From Camelus dromedarius (taxonomy: Eukaryota): a stretch of 64,000 nt of DNA. How positions within the stretch are numbered: position 1 is the first letter of the stretch; each line of letters opens with the position of its first letter. The notes under the pieces are model-generated. The model made no database searches. It was not told the origin of the DNA and saw only the letters and a list, made by a program, of their open reading frames with translations. Below, in pieces: positions 27,171-38,029 of this stretch. A program made the translations under genes and the position numbers. The stretch covers positions 102,860,001-102,924,000 of the forward strand of contig NC_087436.1 of the NCBI RefSeq assembly GCF_036321535.1. Direction: 5' to 3'.

Positions 27171-28191
27171 GTGGGGACAGGAAGAGTAGGCTGTGAATGA
27201 AAGGACACCAGAGTGGTGGGCTCATACATAGTCATTTGGACTTTGTGCATTGTCTCCTAAAAGAAGAAGGTGCTTTGCCAATTTTAATGTTTTACCTGGG
27301 AATGATGCCAAAAAAATTATAAAGATTATCTTTATTTTTCTTTATCCAATTTGCTCAGGTAGAGTAGAAATACAAGGTTGGTTGAGTCTAGCTTTTTTTA
27401 GTCTTCTAAAAAAAAGACTAAAAAAATTACCTGTAATCCTAATTTAGAACACGTATTGAATGAAGTACAAAGGTCCCTGTGAGTCCTTGAAGCACAGAGA
27501 TTATGTCAATGGATTCAATGACTTGTGATGATGGACATTACTGCACTTTACTTTGCCCAGATTAAAAACAGACCGAGACGTGGGAAGATGGGGCTTCTGG
27601 CTAGAGGGTCATTGATGCCAGAGGAGAAGGCTGTTTTGGTTATTCCTTCCTCTCTGTTGTGATGCACCTGGAGATATGTCATTATGCGATCCTGGCTGAA
27701 GCTGAAATCTAGAAGCATGGCTATATCTTGGATAAGAGCATTTAGAAACAGAGAACACCAAATTTTAAGCAACTGGTTCATAATTTTTAAAATGCTTTAA
27801 CTATTTTAGTAGTTATTTCAACAGTTTAACATTAAAATGACAGTGTAACTTTAAAGAATGTTTTGAAGAATACTTCAGGGGCATTCATGGAGAGATTTGG
27901 ATTTATGTTTCAAGGCACTCTATAAAGGACCTCAGGGATTCTGAGAGGCCGCCAAAATTCCAATAGGACAATTTGATAAAAGTGCAAGGGTTACCCTAAA
28001 AAACTCAAAGTCTGCATCTTACTTTTTGGAAAACCAACTTGCAAAGAAGCATTGTATTGAAATAGAAAAGACTGATTCTCTCCTTTATAAAGTGTCAGGG
28101 AGGAAAGGTGCATGTTGATTATTCACTTCCGTGCAGGAGAATCTCTCTCTCTTGCTCTGTCTTTTTCTTTCTCTCTCTCTGTTTTTTGTTT

Positions 28192-28536
28192 TTTTTAATT
28201 GAAGTATAGTTGATTTACAATATTGCATTAGTTTTAGGTGTACAGTATAGTGATTCAAGTTTTTTTTCTATTTTTCATAGATTATATTCCATTATAACTT
28301 ATTATAAGATATTGGGTGCAGTTCCCTGTGCTGTACAGAAATTCCTCATTTCTTGTCTCTTTTCTGTATGGTAGCTTGCTGATCCCATGCTCTTAATTTA
28401 TGCCTCCCGCCTTCTCTTCCCTTTGGTAACCATAATTGTTTTTTCCTTTGCCTGTGAGTCTTTGGCTTGTGTTCAGATTCTTTTGCATTATATTTTACAC
28501 TTCACTTATATAGTGATATATATTCGAACATTGGCC
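28192..28536 (-). mobile_element. 5'-truncated young L1 3' end
   Basis: 'ttaattgaagtatagttgatttacaatattg...'; near-TSD ctctctgttttt(t)gttt at 28175-28191 / 28537-28552. Confidence 0.9.
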
Positions 28537-28829
28537 CTCTCTGTTTTTGTTTGAATATTCTTGATGTTATTCTGTAATACATGTCAATAGAAAACATGCT
28601 TTAAAGGGTTAAGGTAGAATCTTCTTAATTCAGAGGTTTGGTTGGAGAACAAAAAGATACAATGCACATGAAATTGCCGAGGACCATGCATGCACATGGC
28701 CAGTACATTTTCAACAAATCTGGGAAGCAGTAGAATATTTGAAACAAAACAAAAACACACGTGTCTTAAGAGTTATTACACACTTCCTATTCTAGTAGCG
28801 AGAATCTCTTTAAAATGAAAAAACCAAGC

Positions 28830-29215
28830 AAAAGCTCTCTTGAATCTGTGTCCTTGAACGGTTACTCTTCTTTCCTGGAACAACTTTACCCAACTCTAGA
28901 TCTGACTATAGCCTCTTGATCTTCAGCTTTTTAATCCAAGTAGCATGTTGTCTACAAAAATTTCTGGGATCTCAAGAGTGAGTATGTGTCCTTCCTATAT
29001 CCTCCTGCAGCACCCTGTAATTAACATTATTATCCAACTTCATCACACAGTGTTTAATTGCCCCTTTGCTCACTTGTCCTATCCACTTCGCTCTAAGTTC
29101 TTGGAGGTTACCTTATGTATCTTATTCCTTTCCATCCCCCAGGGCCTAGGACCATGCCTTGCATAATAGATGTTCCAGTTGTAAATGGGATGTAGAAAGG
29201 AATACATGAACCAGT
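28830..29215 (+). mobile_element. L2 3' remnant
   Basis: 'ctctaagttcttggagg...tccatcccccagggcctaggaccatgccttgcataataag'. Confidence 0.6.
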
Positions 29216-30169
29216 GGGAAAAGAATCTTCTCAATTTGTTGTAGAACATAATCCCTTTATGTAAATGAAAACACATTATGTAAACTCTAGTTTGTGATTT
29301 TATTATGCTTGCAAATACTTTCCCTCCTGGCCTCTGCACCTTAGCATTTTCTCTGTACATAGTGTATGTATAATAAAAGTGTCTGAATAAATGAGAGACT
29401 AAAATAGTCAGTCCTACAGTTTAAAAAAAAATAACATAAAGTAAGTTATCAGAGTATAAAGACACGTTATTGCAATATTGTTCTTTTTGAGCCAAATTAA
29501 CTTTCTAAGTTGCTTTGCAATATGCATTTCTTTACTCAGCTGAAAATATGCACTCTGCAAGTTTTAAAACGTCCTTCCTTTCTATTTGTCTATTGCTTCT
29601 CATGAATTAGGCCAGCACACATCATTTCTACATTACCCAAAGCCAAACTCTAAAGCTGTTTCCTTTATACATTCATTCCAATAGAAATAATGACTTCCAT
29701 TTACCACAGTGTCAGAGGCCAGTGAAGCCAAATCAGCTGCAGTGCATTGTTTTATAACAGAAGATAATGTTATCCCCACTGTAGTTACAAATGTGATTTC
29801 CTCAGAGTTCAAATACTCTTGGAGCTAAACTGTGATTTGATGTCTAATGGTCAACTCATGTTCTGGGGATTAAGTTAATTAAAACAGTTGCCCTACTCTA
29901 TTAAAGCTCCCTGTAGACTAATTATTAAAGTGCCAAGCACCATTACAGACCTACAGCAATTGAAAGTCACAAAGGGAGTTGCTTATATTATGGGAACTCC
30001 AGAACTCAGTAGATTATCGCCAGTAGTAAAAGAACAGGCACACTGAGAAGCAGATTACCTTCTCCACAGCCACTGAGCTATTATGAAATGTACAAAGGAA
30101 AAGCCAAATGTACAAGCATTTGGATTCATAGCCTTTAGAATCTGCAATTTCCAAAGCTAGTCAAATATC

Positions 30170-30320
30170 AGAAAAGCAGCTTGGTAAAGTGCAAAGAACT
30201 CTGTTCAGGGAATCAGAAGCGTAACTCTGAGTCCCAGCGCTCTCTCTACCTGTCTGGGTAAGCTCAAATAGTTCACTTCCTTTTAGGCATCAAATGCCTC
30301 ATCTCTAAAATGAAGAGTAT
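30170..30320 (+). mobile_element. MIR/MIR3 remnant
   Basis: 'gcagcttggtaaagtgcaaagaactctg...cctcatctctaaaatga'. Confidence 0.55.
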
Positions 30321-31882
30321 ATATGTGACCAGTGTTTCCATGTTAACATATTTTGAGTCAGTCAGGGCTTTTGCCAAACAACATCTCTGGATGAAAGGTA
30401 CAAGGAGGGTGCCATGAAGTGTCAAATGCTGTGTCTAAACCACCAGACCTCCTCCTTTTTGGAAAACTTCAAAGAACTTTGCTTCACAGAATATACTTTA
30501 AAAGCTTTTGTACTCTTTACTGGTGCAGAAAGGAGATGCTTGATTTTGTTTAGTTTTCGTTCTTTTTAGATGAATCCCACAGAAGTCAAAGGCAAAAAAA
30601 TTTAGTTTTTCACACCTGCTTTTTCGTAACATCTGTGCTTTCTTTCCATAATAAGTCAATAATAATCACAACATTAAATCAAAAGTTTTAATACCTGTAT
30701 TAATCTAGTGGAAAGGGCATTGGTTATAAAGTTAGACTGACCTAGATTTTAATTCCAAATTTAATAGCTCTGTGAATTCAGGACAAATTGTTTTTCCTCT
30801 TGGAATTTTGATCCACGTCATATATATATATCACCTCATAGCTCTAATGCCAGAATTCAGTAGGACACACCCACCCACACATCATGCCATGGGAAGTTAA
30901 ACTTATTTTTCACCCACCTTTAGAGACCAAAGAAATAATATCCTTTTTTAGAGAATGCTTAATATATTCAGATTTTATCTTATCTCTGAAGGCTGGGCTG
31001 TAGTTCAAGACATTTAATAGATGGGTACATGGCATTTCATGTTGTATTCTGATTTTAAAAATGCCATTATCACAGGCATAGGAACACAAACTTTGGAGAA
31101 TGTTGGGATGAGATAAATCAAGGCAAGGAATTGGCCAGGTCTGTAGATAATTATTCTCTCAAGGTTATCTATGAGCTATCACAGCCATCGGGCATTTGGC
31201 TACTCATGTTACATGCAGTTGGTTTTCAAGCCTGCAAGCCATTAAGATACAGGACTTAGATCTTTTCATTTTAGATATGTCAGCACAGAAATATTCTTTT
31301 AAATCAGCTTTTTTATATTAACTTTCTATTTACGTAAGTTTAATATCAACTGGTAATATTATTGTTACTTGTCAGCCAGCAAATCAGTTTTGGAATCATT
31401 TTGTGTAGTCAATAAATCATGTTGTAAAATCCCTTTTCTCACCAGAGTTAACAGCAATGCCTATTAGGATGCAACAGTTCTCATTATTACTCCAAGAGGT
31501 GCCAGGGCATCAAAGTACATAAGCTCTGGCAGAGCTCATTCATCAAGGTAGGAAATCTGTTTCCAGCATGAAAACAGAGGCTGAGAAACACCAGAGACCA
31601 GTATTTGGGTGAAATAAGCAGAAATACAAAACAAGACAGAACATTACAAAGAGAAGAAAATATAGCTTATCTAAAGTTACATGTGTAAACTGATATACAG
31701 TTATTGATATAACCTTGCCTTTTACAAATATATGAAAATGAATGGCTTAATTTACAGTTATATATTTTTAAAAGGCTACAATTATGTAAGAGAGATTTAA
31801 AACAGATTTTTCAGTTATTCTGATCATAAATCTAGATATTTAGAAACTATATCCTATAATATTATTGATTTCTTTTTTTTTT

Positions 31883-32200
31883 GTAAGAAGAATAGAGGAG
31901 AATTTTATTTGAGCCACTATACCCCAGGAGACAGCCTCTCAGATAGCTCTGAGGAACTGCTCCAGAGAAGCATGGTTTTAAGCACAGTTTTGTATCTTGT
32001 CAGAAAAAAAAAAAACATCGAACGTCAAATATAAAAGAGGTACATTCATTCAAGATTTCAAAAAAGGCAGATCAGCACATACAAAGCAAGTCAGTTATGG
32101 CCTTGATGCCAGGGAAGGAGTACTAGCATCGATGTCCCAGAAAAGGAAGAATGTATCTCTACTTTCCAAATGGACTTTATTTCTGGACAATGTACCCCTT
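31883..32200 (-). mobile_element. Partial ERV1-type LTR sequence carried in the transduced segment
   Basis: 'aattttatttgagcc...ccaggagacagcctctcagatagctctgaggaactgctcc' resembles antisense ERV1 LTRs; AATAAA (minus) at 31904-31909. Confidence 0.65.
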
Positions 32201-32281
32201 TCTTTTTTTTTTTTTAATTATAATAGATCTTTAATTATCACATTAAATCCTCATAAGCATTGTTCTTATTTTCCCCTTTCC

Positions 32282-32969
32282 TTTGTTTTGTTTTTTTTTA
32301 CATTTTTTTCATTGAGTAATACTCATTTTACAATGTTGTGTCAAATTCCAGTGTAGAGCACAATTTTTCAGTTATACATGAACATATATATATATTCATT
32401 GTCACATTTTTTTTCGCTATGAGCTATCACAAGATCTTGTATATATTTCCCTATGCTATGCAGCATAATCTTGTTTATCTATTCTGCATTTTAAAATCCC
32501 AGTCTATCCCTTCCCACCCCCTGTCCCCTTGGCAACCACAAGTTTGTATTCTATGTCTATGAGTCTGTTTTTGTTTTGTATTTATTTTATTTATTTTTTT
32601 TTAGATTCCTCATATGAGTGATCTCATATGGTATTTTTCTTTCTCTTTCTGACTTACTTCACTTACAATGACATTTTCCAGGAACATTCATGTTGCTGCA
32701 AATGGTGTTATGTTGTCGGTTTTTGTGGCTGAATAGTATTCCATCATATAAATATACCACCTCTTCTTTATCCAGTCATTTGTTGATGGACATTTAGGCT
32801 GCTTCCATGTCCTGGCTATTGTGAATAGTGCTGCTATGAACATTGGGGTGCAGGTGTCATTTTGAAGTAGGGTTCCTTCTGGATATATGCCCAGGAGCGG
32901 GATTCCTGGGTCACATGGTAAGTCTATTCCTAGTCTTTTAAGGAATCTCCATACTGTTTTCCACAGTGG
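32282..32969 (-). mobile_element. L1 ORF2 extreme C-terminus + 3'UTR + A-rich tail
   Basis: 32886-32971 is nearly identical to 6526-6611 ([11 protein letters not shown] region); the 3' terminus matches the micro-L1 at 59449. Confidence 0.95.
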
Positions 32970-33110
32970 CTTTCCTTGCTTCCCTCTCCCACTCTTAATG
33001 ATTTAGATGTCTTCTTTTACAGTTTTGTGTTTATTCTTTTTGTAATTCATGGCAGTTATCCTTTCCAGTTACGAGTTTATCATTTTTGTAGCATCCTGCT
33101 TCTCTTCTAT

Positions 33111-34015
33111 TTAGAGTAGACCTGTGAATATTTCTTTTAGCATGGGTTTAGTGTTGCTAAACTCTTTTAGTTTTTACTTGTCTGTGAAGTTTTTTTTTTA
33201 TCTCTCCTTCTATTTTAAAGGATAGCCTTGCTGGATAGATTATCCTAGGCTGCATCAGTTTTTCATTCAGGACTTTGAATATATCTTGCCACTCCCTTCT
33301 GGCCTGTACTGTTTGTGTAGAGAATTCAGTTGAGAGCCTTATGGGGGTTCCCTTGTAACTCACTCTTTGTTTTTCTCTTGCTGCCTTTAGGATCATTTCT
33401 TTATCCTTGAATCTGGCCATCTTGATTATGATATGTCTTGGTGTGGGTCTGTTTGAGTTCTTCCTGTTTGGGACCCTCTGAGCCTCCTGTACTTGGATAT
33501 CTGATTCCTTCTTTAGGTTTGGGAAGTTTTCAGTCATGACTTCTTCCAATACTTTCTCAATCCCCTTTGTTCTTTCTTCCCCTTGGGGAACCCCTATTAT
33601 GCATAGATTGGCACGCTTTATATTATCCCATAGGTCCCTTATATTGTTTTCATTGTTTTTTATTTGTTTTTCTCTCAGCTGTTCTGATTGGGAGCTTTCT
33701 GTTGTCCTGTCTTCTAGGTCACTTATTCGTTCCTCTGCATTATGTAGCCTGCTTCGTACAGCCTTTAGGTCAGCTCTCATCTCAACAAATGAGTTTACTA
33801 ATTCTACTTGGTTCTTGATAGCTTCTATTTCATTTTTGACATATTTTATATCTCTAAACACTATTTCTTTTAGTTCTTTCAGTACTATGATCACTCCTTT
33901 TTTTGAAATCTTGATCTAGTAGGCCATCAATGTCTATTTCCTTGATTATGCTTTCAGGGGATTTCTCTTAATCTTTTAATTGGGAGTGGTTCCTCTGCTT
34001 CTTCATATTGCTCAT
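33111..34015 (-). pseudogene. L1 ORF1p, full length but disabled
   Basis: ATG at 34015 (MSNMKKQRNHSQLKD*); stop at 33968-33970; frameshifts in A runs at 33898-33904 and 33190-33199; 245-aa open part has ORF1p motifs (DLWDNIKR..IIGVP, ENFPNL, PRHIII, ARREW, YPARLSF); native stop at 33111-33113. Confidence 0.92.
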
Positions 34016-35351
34016 ATCTCTCTGCCACTGTGGCTTAAGGAATATCAGTTATTCAGTTCTCGTGGAGATGGTGTGCTCGTAATGATTTTATTGAGAGGTC
34101 TTTGTGTCTTCGCCCTGTTTCATGAACTCAGCTTGCTGTTTCCAGAGGCCCTCTGTTGGCGCCCTCATCTGTGCTGCTCCCAGTGGCTGTTGGCTAGCAG
34201 ATCACGCCCCCTCCCAACACTGGGTCAAGTGCTGAGCTCTTGCCTGGTGGGCAGGTGGGTCACTCCCCCTTCCGATGCCACAATCAGATGCTGCTCTTGG
34301 GGGAGACAGGTGGGTGGATCATGCCCCCTCCCAGCACCGTGGTCAGGTGCTGCGTTCCTGCCAGGAAGGAAAGTGGCTGCCCGCTCTCTCCTGGAGCAGG
34401 TCGCTCCGCTGCTCTATGCAGCTGCCTGCTCTGCCTTGGGTCGGCACTCAGAAGGTGGGCTTGAGGAAGACCGTGGACCAGCCCTGCCCCTGCTCCATGC
34501 CAAAACTCAGCTCCTTGTTTGTCTTGGTGGTGTGAGTTCTCTGAGGTGCCAGGGCAGAAAGATCCTATCTGCCTTGGGCTGTAAACAAGTCTCAGTCCTG
34601 CCTAGGAGGTTGCGGAGCCCCAAGTACAGATTCGGGTCTCAGTCCCGCCCCGGCCTGGGTGCTGCACACAGGAGGAGATGGCGGCTGTGGCTGCACCCCG
34701 CTTCTCTGCTCGCAAGAAGTGCCAGTAATGGCGGTGCCGGTTTGAGGAGACAAAGGCTACGGCGCCCCTCTCCCCAGGGCACACCAGCCATGTTGCTTTG
34801 CTTTTATCACAACTTATGGGGGACCTAGGTAGTTCTGCTCTGTATCCCCTCCCAGCCACAGCACGCAGCACCCTGCAGTCCCCCAGGGCTACCTCAGTGC
34901 AGCCGCTCCAGTCCTCCACCCGGCTCGGGCGGCCTGTCCCAGCTCCAGCTGCCGGCTTACGTCTCGGGCTGGGTGTCACGGGGACCCTTTGTGCCTGTTT
35001 AACTCAGTTCTGTCGGTCAAGGGGTGCTCAGGGCAGATCTGAGCCTCAGAGTCTCCCTCTCTGTCCCCACTGGCCTCTCTGTTGGAGAGGGGAGACCCAG
35101 TGAACGAGCGCCAGTTCTCCTTTGCCACTCCCTCCCCACAGGACTGGTCCTGCACTGTTTTGCTTTTTCTTCTTTTTTTCCTTTTCTCCTACCAGATTTT
35201 TGGTGTCTTTGTCTTTCGAAGGAGGCAGTGTTCTGTCAGAGTTCGGCAGGTGCTCTGGTTGGCTGAGTAGGTCTGTAGACGTGAGTTTTAGTGTATTTGT
35301 GGGAGAGGGTGAGCTACAAGTGTCCTTCTACTCTGCCATCTTGCTTCTTTC
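34016..35351 (-). promoter_or_regulatory. L1 5'UTR internal promoter (GC/CpG-rich)
   Basis: GC-rich with many retained CpGs, directly upstream of the ORF1 ATG; YY1 core gccatctt at 35335-35342. Confidence 0.85.
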
Positions 35352-37549
35352 TGATTTCTTGATTGATGGTAGAAGTGCTATAAAATTTTGTAACAAGATA
35401 AGTTAACCTATATCTGAAAACACTCAGCTAGGATAACTTCAAGATTCATTCTGACTGGGTCTTCCGGCCAAGTCAAGCTGTGGGGTACATTTATTTTCTA
35501 AGACACATGGGTCACAAAAATATTACTACTTATAGTGTACAAGTTGATACAGATCAAAATGCTGGTTACCAGAGTATCAAATGAAATGATTCTCAAAATT
35601 TACTCATTGATTCATTGGCTTTTTAAACAAACCCCAAACCGAGGTAACTTCACAATTATTATCATTCAAAAATTTTAATTGAATTATGAAAACTGATTAA
35701 TGTTGGTCATGTTTTAAAGATGCAAAAATAAATAGATCTAAAAAGGCATCAGTGCCTTCATTTGGGCAAACATAATGATAGATAACTAATGTCACACAGC
35801 CGATTTGACAATAGCATTATTATCAATCATTAGTCAGGTTTCAAAAAGCCATGGGCCATTGCGTGCCTGGATTGGTCACATTCACTGGATACTTGCTGAC
35901 TGTCCACTTAAGATTGCCATTATAATAAACAAAATTGTAGATGTTTGCTAGGTACACTGGTGGGACAACTAACTCAATTTACCAAATGTATTCCTTCAAA
36001 TACTGAATAGAAGATATAACATCAAATAACCTTGCTCTTTCAAACCTAGGAAATCTACCTATATGAGCATTTAGACTGCATGGATAAAAAGGAGAAAAAA
36101 AAGAGAATACTAAACTGCTTAATTGCCTATCATAGACCTATTTCTTTCTTCCAAATTTGGCTAGAGCTCTTCTCAAGATGAATGGGAAGTTCAGTGAGCT
36201 TTAGAAGTGGTCTTGGCTCGTGGCAGATTGGATGAGAGTTTGACAGCTGTGGAGACCAGTGATTTTACAGGCAGTCTCTGGCCGTGCCTGTTGGCATTTT
36301 AGCTCCTCAGTGAGAACCCATCAGTGTCCAGCATGGCTACCATAGCTGGATTCCTACCCACAAACGATCTGTTTTATATGGAAGCTTCTCATCTTCATTC
36401 TGACATCATAAATCAGAGTTGGCATCAGGAGCCGCAGAGAGGAGAGGAATTGTTTAGAGAGCTGTGCTAAATCACCACCCAGAATTTTACATAAAGCACT
36501 TGGTAAATCACAAAAATACAACAGAGTTATTTCATGATAACACAGTAAATAACCAAAAGCACCACTATAAATCAGCTTGTGGCATAACTGTATTTTTAGA
36601 TCTAGCATTTCCAACATGAAAAACTTCCAACTTACCTAACATGTTTCCCGTTGTTTCCTGGTTGCTGACTGGCTAGTGACATCATTATAAGTTATAGAGA
36701 AAATAAATTCAGAATAAGCACGTGTAGGAGAACCATTTCAATGTCTGACAGCAATTACAATCAAAGCATACTACACTTTCTCATTGTCAAATGAATATGA
36801 GCTGGAACATCTTCAGTACTGCTGCTTTATTATCATTTAAATGTGTTTCTAGCACAGAAGACATTGGCAGTATCAGGCAACTGGGTTTTGATCACAATAG
36901 CAAAAATCTAGTTTTCAGCTCTGGGCCATTGCTTTCTGAAAGAACTGTCTGAAGAATAATAGAAAGCAGAGGGGATGCTCAGGGTAATTTGTCTCCATAG
37001 CCTAATTTTCTGTGTCTGCCTCTCTGTGACTCTCTCTCTCTCTCTCTCCATAACTTCATTTCCCAAGATTGCTAGAATTTCATTATTTTTTTCAATGTCA
37101 CAGCACTTAAAAATATATTTATTCTACTTATTTGATTTCCTATTTAATCTATTGAAAAATAATGCATTGTCCTTGCTAAATTTATATCTGGCCATGTTGC
37201 TAAATGTTCAATTGCTAAATTGGTGAACAAAACAATAAACTATAAAAAAAAATCCAGACTTTTCAGAGCTTTCGCAAAATTGTGAATTTCAAATTTTCAC
37301 GTGTTGTCCCGTATACATAGGATGGCTGATCATAGAGCAGTTGTGAGCGTAACAAAGTGCTGCACTTATGTGATGCAAATAAATAAGTAAATTTAAGCAC
37401 ATAAAAAGATATATAGAAATATGTCATGGCTATAATTTAAAATATTTAATAATATTGTTATTTTTAAATTGTAATTAGTCTGAAAACACCCATAAATGTA
37501 TAATATACAAAGTAAAATGGCAATTCAAACATTGTTTGAGAACACATGG

Positions 37550-38010
37550 CTGTGATGCACTGAATAGCAGAGAAATCACTGAGGTGCTGTGGCCGTGGGA
37601 CTTACTGGAATGTACCACTTAGGGTTTTGGGGAAAGATGTTCACAAACACAATTTCCTGAGGGGGGCTATTAGAAGGAGTTCCTGGATGCTGCTGGACTG
37701 ACCATAGTGCTCATAGGATTCCAGGTGCTGGAGAAAATTACCATGCTATAGAAACCAGGTGCTGGAGGAAGCCACCTATGCTATAGGAGCCAAATTCTGG
37801 AACAGTCCCTTGTGCTGCAGGAGCCCCGTGGCATACTGGACGTAGGAAGGAAAACTTTTCTCCTGTAATGCTCTCCAGTGCCCTCTGCTGACAATGGTTA
37901 GCATGTACCAGCTGACAAAGAGAAAGCATTTAAAGAGCTCACCCCCATATTCTCACATACAGCTATGAAGGGTGAATTTGCAATTGCAAGGAAATACATT
38001 GATAAGTGGC
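37550..38010. mobile_element. Old ERVL LTR (LTR41-like)
   Basis: 'ctccagtgccctctgctgacaa...ccagctgacaaagagaaagcatttaaag' matches my recollection of LTR41-class elements; family uncertain. Confidence 0.5.
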
Positions 38011-38029
38011 GCAACATTGTGAAAATAAA

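Larger units (their letters stand above)
31875..35351 (-). mobile_element. Composite L1 insertion: 5'UTR-ORF1-(ORF2 deleted)-3'UTR plus 3' transduction
   Basis: 9-bp TSD tgatttctt (31866-31874 / 35352-35360); L1 5' start (minus) 'gaaagaagcaagatggcagagtagaaggac' with YY1-type AAGATGGC; terminal poly(A) at 31873-31882. Confidence 0.85.
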
